Source: a virus
Taxonomy: Duplodnaviria > Caudoviricetes
Length of the DNA: 56,239 nt
Direction: 5' to 3' (one strand)
IMG/VR virus record: IMGVR_UViG_3300011334_000247
Coordinates: 1 to 56,239 of that record
Shown here: piece by piece, positions 51,890-56,239 of the stretch
Layout: the number at the start of each line of letters is the position of its first letter
Numbering within the stretch: the first letter of the stretch is position 1
Made by a program: the position numbers and the translations under genes
Notes under the pieces: model-generated
The model's input: only the letters and a program-made list of their open reading frames with translations
What the model was told of the DNA's origin: nothing
Database searches by the model: none

Positions 51890-53929
51890 ATGGCCACAGG
51901 AATGCCTCCCGTCAAATACAGCTTGATCCAGCTGCAAGGCGGACTCGACCTGGTCACGCCCACGCTGTCGTTGCCGCCAGGCATTGCGCGTTCAGCCATC
52001 AATTTTGAAGTGGCCATCACGGGCGGGTATACCCGCATTGCTGGTTACGAACGATTCGATGGCCATCCCAATCCGTCGGACGCTGTCTACAACTCCATCA
52101 CGGTTGCAAGCGCCACCGGTTTGGCTGTGGGTAATACGTTCACCAATTTGGCGGGCACGTCTTCCGGCTACATCATCGCCATCAACGACACATCGATCAT
52201 CTACACCCGGGCTGTGGGCACGTTTGCCGTGTCGGATGGTGTCTATGTAGGTGGCGTGCTTAAAACAACAATCACGGTCCTCGGAGCGACTGCAACTATC
52301 TCCAGCTCTCTTTCCAGCCAATACACATATTTGGCTGGTGAGGTTTACCGGGCTGACATCGGAGCGGTGCCAGGTGCTGGCCCCATCCGTGGCGTCGTCT
52401 ATTACGGGAGCACGGTATACGCCTGGCGCAACAACGTCGGTGAAACGGCCATGGCCATTTACAAATCGACTACCAGCGGCTGGACCTTGGTGCCCTTGGG
52501 CTATGAGTTGGCTTTCAATACGGGTACAACTCAGCTTAACGAAGGCAACACGATCGTTGGCCAAACCAGCGGGGCAACGGCCACCATCACTCGAGTGGTT
52601 TTGTCTTCAGGCACTTGGGCTGCACACACGGCAGCCGGGTATCTGACATTCGCTTCTGTCACTGGCACGTTCCAATCGGGTGAGAATTTGCGCATTGGCG
52701 CTACCACCTACGCCCACGCGGGCGGAGCACAGGCTGCCATTACGTTGAGTCCCACTGGTCGGGTTGAGACGGTCATTGACAACATCAACGGCGCGACGCG
52801 CATCTATGGCGCAGACGGCGTGAACTACGGGTTTGAGTTTGATGGCACTACATACGTGCGAATCCGCACGGGCATGACGACTGATACGCCCACCCATGTT
52901 GCGGTGCACAAATCACATTTGTTCTTCAGCTTTGGCGCGTCGGTTCAGTTCTCAGGAATTGCTGATCCTTACAACTGGACCCCAATCATTGGCGCAGGCG
53001 AGATCGCGCTTAACGCAAACGTGACCGCGTTCTTGGTCCAGCCAGGCGATCAGTCGACGGGTGCGATGGCCATCTATTCAGACGACAACACATCGATCCT
53101 CTACGGCAGCAGCTCGGCTAATTTCCAGCTGGTGTCATACAACGTGGGCACGGGAGCAAAAGCCTACAGCTGCCAGAACATCAACGTCAGCTATTCGTTT
53201 GACGACCGTGGCGTGATGAACATGGCTACCACGTTGAACTTCGGTAACTTTGATTCAGCAGCCTTGACTTTGAATTTAAGACCGTTTGTTTCTGAAAGAC
53301 GCAATCTGTCTACGGCCAGTGGTGTGAATCGAGAGAAGGGCCAATACCGCATTTTCTTTAGCGATGGTTATGCCTTGTACGTCACCTTGGCCAACGGAAG
53401 TTTTATGGGTGCTATGCCAATGCAGTTCCCAAATCCGGTGACCTGCATGTGCGAAGGCCAACGGGCTGACGGATCAGAGACCGCGTTCTTCGGTTCGACC
53501 AACGGTTATGTGTATCGCCTGGATGCGGGTACGTCGTTTGACGGGGCTGAGATTGCAGCCAACATGACCCTGGTATTTAATGCGATTGGCAGCCCTCGTT
53601 TGCTAAAGAGATTCCGCAAAGCATCGTTGGAAATCACCGGCACAAGCTATGCTGACTTTTATTTCAACTACGACTTGGCGTATGCGACCACTGATATTGG
53701 CCAGGCAGCCCAGACTTTGTATGCCAGCAGCCTAAGTGCAAGCTATTGGGATACATCTTATTGGGACTTTTTTGTGTGGGACGAACGAACCCTTGCGCCA
53801 TCTGAGGTTGAAGTTAATGGCACGGCGGAGAATATCGCACTGAGGATTGCATCCAACTCGCCATATTTCCAACCATTCACCATCAACAGCGCGATCCTGC
53901 ATTACACACCGCGAAGAGGACTTCGATGA
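51890..53929 (+). CDS. Tail nozzle / tubular B-like protein
   Basis: 679 aa beta-rich, GGLDLVTP..NFE...GGY.RI.G; follows adaptor. Confidence 0.7.
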   Translation: MATGMPPVKYSLIQLQGGLDLVTPTLSLPPGIARSAINFEVAITGGYTRIAGYERFDGHPNPSDAVYNSITVASATGLAVGNTFTNLAGTSSGYIIAINDTSIIYTRAVGTFAVSDGVYVGGVLKTTITVLGATATISSSLSSQYTYLAGEVYRADIGAVPGAGPIRGVVYYGSTVYAWRNNVGETAMAIYKSTTSGWTLVPLGYELAFNTGTTQLNEGNTIVGQTSGATATITRVVLSSGTWAAHTAAGYLTFASVTGTFQSGENLRIGATTYAHAGGAQAAITLSPTGRVETVIDNINGATRIYGADGVNYGFEFDGTTYVRIRTGMTTDTPTHVAVHKSHLFFSFGASVQFSGIADPYNWTPIIGAGEIALNANVTAFLVQPGDQSTGAMAIYSDDNTSILYGSSSANFQLVSYNVGTGAKAYSCQNINVSYSFDDRGVMNMATTLNFGNFDSAALTLNLRPFVSERRNLSTASGVNREKGQYRIFFSDGYALYVTLANGSFMGAMPMQFPNPVTCMCEGQRADGSETAFFGSTNGYVYRLDAGTSFDGAEIAANMTLVFNAIGSPRLLKRFRKASLEITGTSYADFYFNYDLAYATTDIGQAAQTLYASSLSASYWDTSYWDFFVWDERTLAPSEVEVNGTAENIALRIASNSPYFQPFTINSAILHYTPRRGLR

Positions 53930-55650
53930 GCAATAACTTTTATACACATGGGTCTTTCCCATCCACGGGTTCGCAGGCCACGTCCGCGTCCATGCGGTCT
54001 GAGTTGGACCTGATCACGGCTGGCTTTGACAAGATGCCGACGCTGACAGCAAACGCAAACAAGTTTGTCGTCATCAACAGCGGGGCTACGGCGTTGACTG
54101 CTACCAGCACGCTTCCCACGGCCACTGTGACGGACACCGGGTTTACTGTTCAAAATACTACTGACAACACCAAGACATTCCAGTTCTTGGCCAGCGGTAT
54201 CACTGCGGGCAACTTGCGCATCTACACGATGCCTGATGCGGATACCACCTTGGTGGGTACTGGCGTTACCCAGACCCTGACCAACAAGACTCTGACGTCT
54301 CCCGTCATTGCAACGATCGTCAACACCGGCACGCTGACTCTGCCCACATCGACCGACACTCTGGTTGGCCGGGCGACCACAGACACGTTGACCAACAAGA
54401 CTTTGACTGCGCCAGTCATTGCTACCATTGTCAACACCGGCACGCTGACTTTGCCCACATCGACCGATACCCTGGTTGGCCGCGCGACTACTGACACGTT
54501 GACCAATAAGACATTGACGTTGCCGGTCATTGCCTCGATCGTTAACACTGGCACGCTGACTCTGCCGACATCGACAGACACCTTGGTTGGCCGCGCAACT
54601 ACTGACACTTTGACCAACAAGACTTTGACCTTGCCGGTCCTTGCCTCAATTGTCAACACTGGCACTTTGACTTTTCCCCCCTCGACCGATACCCTGGTTG
54701 GCCGTGCAACTACTGACACCTTGACCAACAAGACTTTGACCAGTCCGGCCATCAATACCGGCACGATAAGTGGTGGCACGATTAACAACGCGGTGATTGG
54801 CGGAACAACGGCTGCTGCCGGTACGTTTACAGCATTAACAGACTCAGGCAACCTGACATTCACAGGTACAGGCAACCGCATCCTTGGTGACACCAATAAC
54901 GCAACAATTTCAAACAGATTGTTTTTTCAAGCTAGTACAACAAATGGAAGTACATCGTTTGGTGTTTTGCCAAATGGAACTTCTCTTGTAAGTGGGTATC
55001 AGGCATATAACAATTCTGACCCAACAAATGCCGCTTTTGCTCAACTGGCAACAAGTGCAGGAACAGAAGTTCGTTTGACTTCAGGGATTACAGGAACTGG
55101 CACATACCTGCCAATGACCTTCTACACTGGCGGCTCAAATCGTTTGCAGATCAGCACTTCTGGAAAGGTAAGCATTGGCGGGGCTACCAACGCAACGGTT
55201 ACTTTAGAGGTGGTCGGCACTGACGCCATCTTGCTTCCCAAAGGTACAACAGCAGAACAGCCTACAGGTGTTGCTGGCTATTTGCGGTTCAACACGACCA
55301 CTACCCAGTTTGAAGGCTACAACGGCACAGCCTGGTCCTCAGTTGGTGGAGCTGCGATCAGCAACGACACCAGCACATCGACCAACATCTACCCGGTCCT
55401 CGCGGGCGCGACAAGCGGCACAGCGTTAACAGTCTATACGTCCAACGCCAAGCTGTTGTACAAGCCAAGCACAGGCGAGTTCACATCATCGGTTTTAACT
55501 GCCGGCAATGGTATTGTGGTCAACAGCCAAACCGTTGCGACAAGCTACACGATTGCAGCAGGGTACTCAGGAATGTCGGCAGGACCTGTGACTGTGGCAT
55601 CGGGTCAATCGGTAACTATCTCCAGCGGCTCACGCTGGGTTGTTCAATAA
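53926..55650 (+). CDS. Main tail fibre protein
   Basis: N-terminal anchor, TLTNKTLT repeats, LRFNTTTTQFEGYNGTAW, C-terminal SAGPVTVASG.SVT..SGSRWVV. Confidence 0.8.
   Translation: MSNNFYTHGSFPSTGSQATSASMRSELDLITAGFDKMPTLTANANKFVVINSGATALTATSTLPTATVTDTGFTVQNTTDNTKTFQFLASGITAGNLRIYTMPDADTTLVGTGVTQTLTNKTLTSPVIATIVNTGTLTLPTSTDTLVGRATTDTLTNKTLTAPVIATIVNTGTLTLPTSTDTLVGRATTDTLTNKTLTLPVIASIVNTGTLTLPTSTDTLVGRATTDTLTNKTLTLPVLASIVNTGTLTFPPSTDTLVGRATTDTLTNKTLTSPAINTGTISGGTINNAVIGGTTAAAGTFTALTDSGNLTFTGTGNRILGDTNNATISNRLFFQASTTNGSTSFGVLPNGTSLVSGYQAYNNSDPTNAAFAQLATSAGTEVRLTSGITGTGTYLPMTFYTGGSNRLQISTSGKVSIGGATNATVTLEVVGTDAILLPKGTTAEQPTGVAGYLRFNTTTTQFEGYNGTAWSSVGGAAISNDTSTSTNIYPVLAGATSGTALTVYTSNAKLLYKPSTGEFTSSVLTAGNGIVVNSQTVATSYTIAAGYSGMSAGPVTVASGQSVTISSGSRWVVQ
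54274..54747 (+). repeat. 111-bp (37-aa) tandem repeat, four full units plus a partial fifth
   Basis: ACCAAYAAGAC at 54280, 54391, 54502, 54613, 54724. Confidence 0.9.
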
Positions 55651-55659
55651 GGAAGAGAT

Positions 55660-56239
55660 ATGTCAAGCATAGTTGTAAACGGAGATACAAGCGGCAGTGT
55701 GACGTTATCAGCGCCAGCGACAGCGGGTTCTGTAGTTGTGACCTTGCCATCGACAACAGGAACGATGCTTACCACAGCGTCTACCACGGGCATCAGCGGT
55801 AGCGCAATATCTTCTGGTACTGTTCCAGAGGCTTATGGTGGTACAGGAACAAGCACTGGCTATTACGGCTTCAAGAACCGCATCATCAATGGTGCAATGG
55901 TGATTGACCAGAGGAATGCGGGGGCGAGTGTTACGCCTACATCAAGTGGTCAATTTACTATTGACAGATGGCAAGCTGGATTAAGCGTATCTTCAAAATT
56001 TAGCGTTCAACAATCATCAACCGCACCTAGTGGTTTTGTTAAAAGCATTCTTGTTACATCTTTATCTGCTTACACTGTTGGCGCAACTGAATCATTTGCA
56101 ATTCTTCAACCAATTGAAGGATTAAATATGACTGATGTTGGTTTTGGTTCGGCTGGTGCATCAGCGCTAACTTTGTCGTTTTGGGTTCGCAGTTCTTTGA
56201 CAGGAACATTTGGCGGTGTTCTTACCAATTATGCAAACG
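55660..56239 (+). CDS. Tail fibre/RBP, 3'-truncated; diverged copy of gene at 1-1194
   Basis: Read manually: MSSIVVNGDTSGSVTLSAPATAGSVVVTLP...GFKNRIINGAMVIDQRNAGASVT...TLSFWVRSSLTGTFG. Confidence 0.8.
   Translation, partial: MSSIVVNGDTSGSVTLSAPATAGSVVVTLPSTTGTMLTTASTTGISGSAISSGTVPEAYGGTGTSTGYYGFKNRIINGAMVIDQRNAGASVTPTSSGQFTIDRWQAGLSVSSKFSVQQSSTAPSGFVKSILVTSLSAYTVGATESFAILQPIEGLNMTDVGFGSAGASALTLSFWVRSSLTGTFGGVLTNYAN

Noticed and set aside
55678-56239. Exact direct terminal repeat / clean circularisation
   Set aside because: Overlap with bases 1-525 is homologous but clearly diverged.
1-56239. tRNA, rRNA, intron or IS elements
   Set aside because: No cloverleaf/T-loop signatures in the few intergenic gaps, no interrupted core genes and no transposase motifs were seen by eye; tRNAscan and Infernal were not run.

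Overview
The window is an essentially complete ~56 kb genome of a tailed dsDNA phage with podovirus-type architecture. It has no tape measure or tail tube, and it has an N4-gp56-type capsid, adaptor/nozzle genes and giant ejection proteins. No integrase or CI repressor was seen, so it is probably lytic. A freshwater Betaproteobacteria host is an inference from gene content and the two-component spanin. The contig is cut inside the tail-fibre locus, and its two ends carry diverged versions of the same fibre gene. Layout: + strand fibre/RBP cassettes (1-3879), lysis genes with GH19 endolysin and nested Rz/Rz1 (3883-6592), and ejection proteins (6659-22361), including two ~1800-aa polyvalent proteins separated by a ferritin gene. 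A - strand replication block carries PolA, DUF2815 SSB and DUF2800 (22264-30151). A + strand block carries Cro, primase-helicase, a putative origin, VRR-NUC, SNF2 and a Q-like antiterminator (30252-35636). A - strand early block carries an HD/Mesh1-like hydrolase and DUF932 (35602-41133). The + strand head/tail block runs 41231-56239. The most notable unexplained signals are: (1) small genes overprinted inside the giant ejection-protein genes next to toxin-like domains, especially an antisense leaderless ORF directly after a RelA/SpoT-like domain; (2) a ~300-nt cluster of structured RNAs with fixed stems and variable loops, one antisense to an RBS+ATG; (3) five hairpin+pseudoknot RNA elements in front of early-gene RBSs; (4) three late promoters sharing a GGGACCKYRCGTCY leader hairpin followed by a terminator; and (5) a shared terminal peptide tag (GIIRKAMK / G-aliphatic-aliphatic-x3-M) on many late proteins. 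All family assignments are from motif recognition by eye, not database searches.
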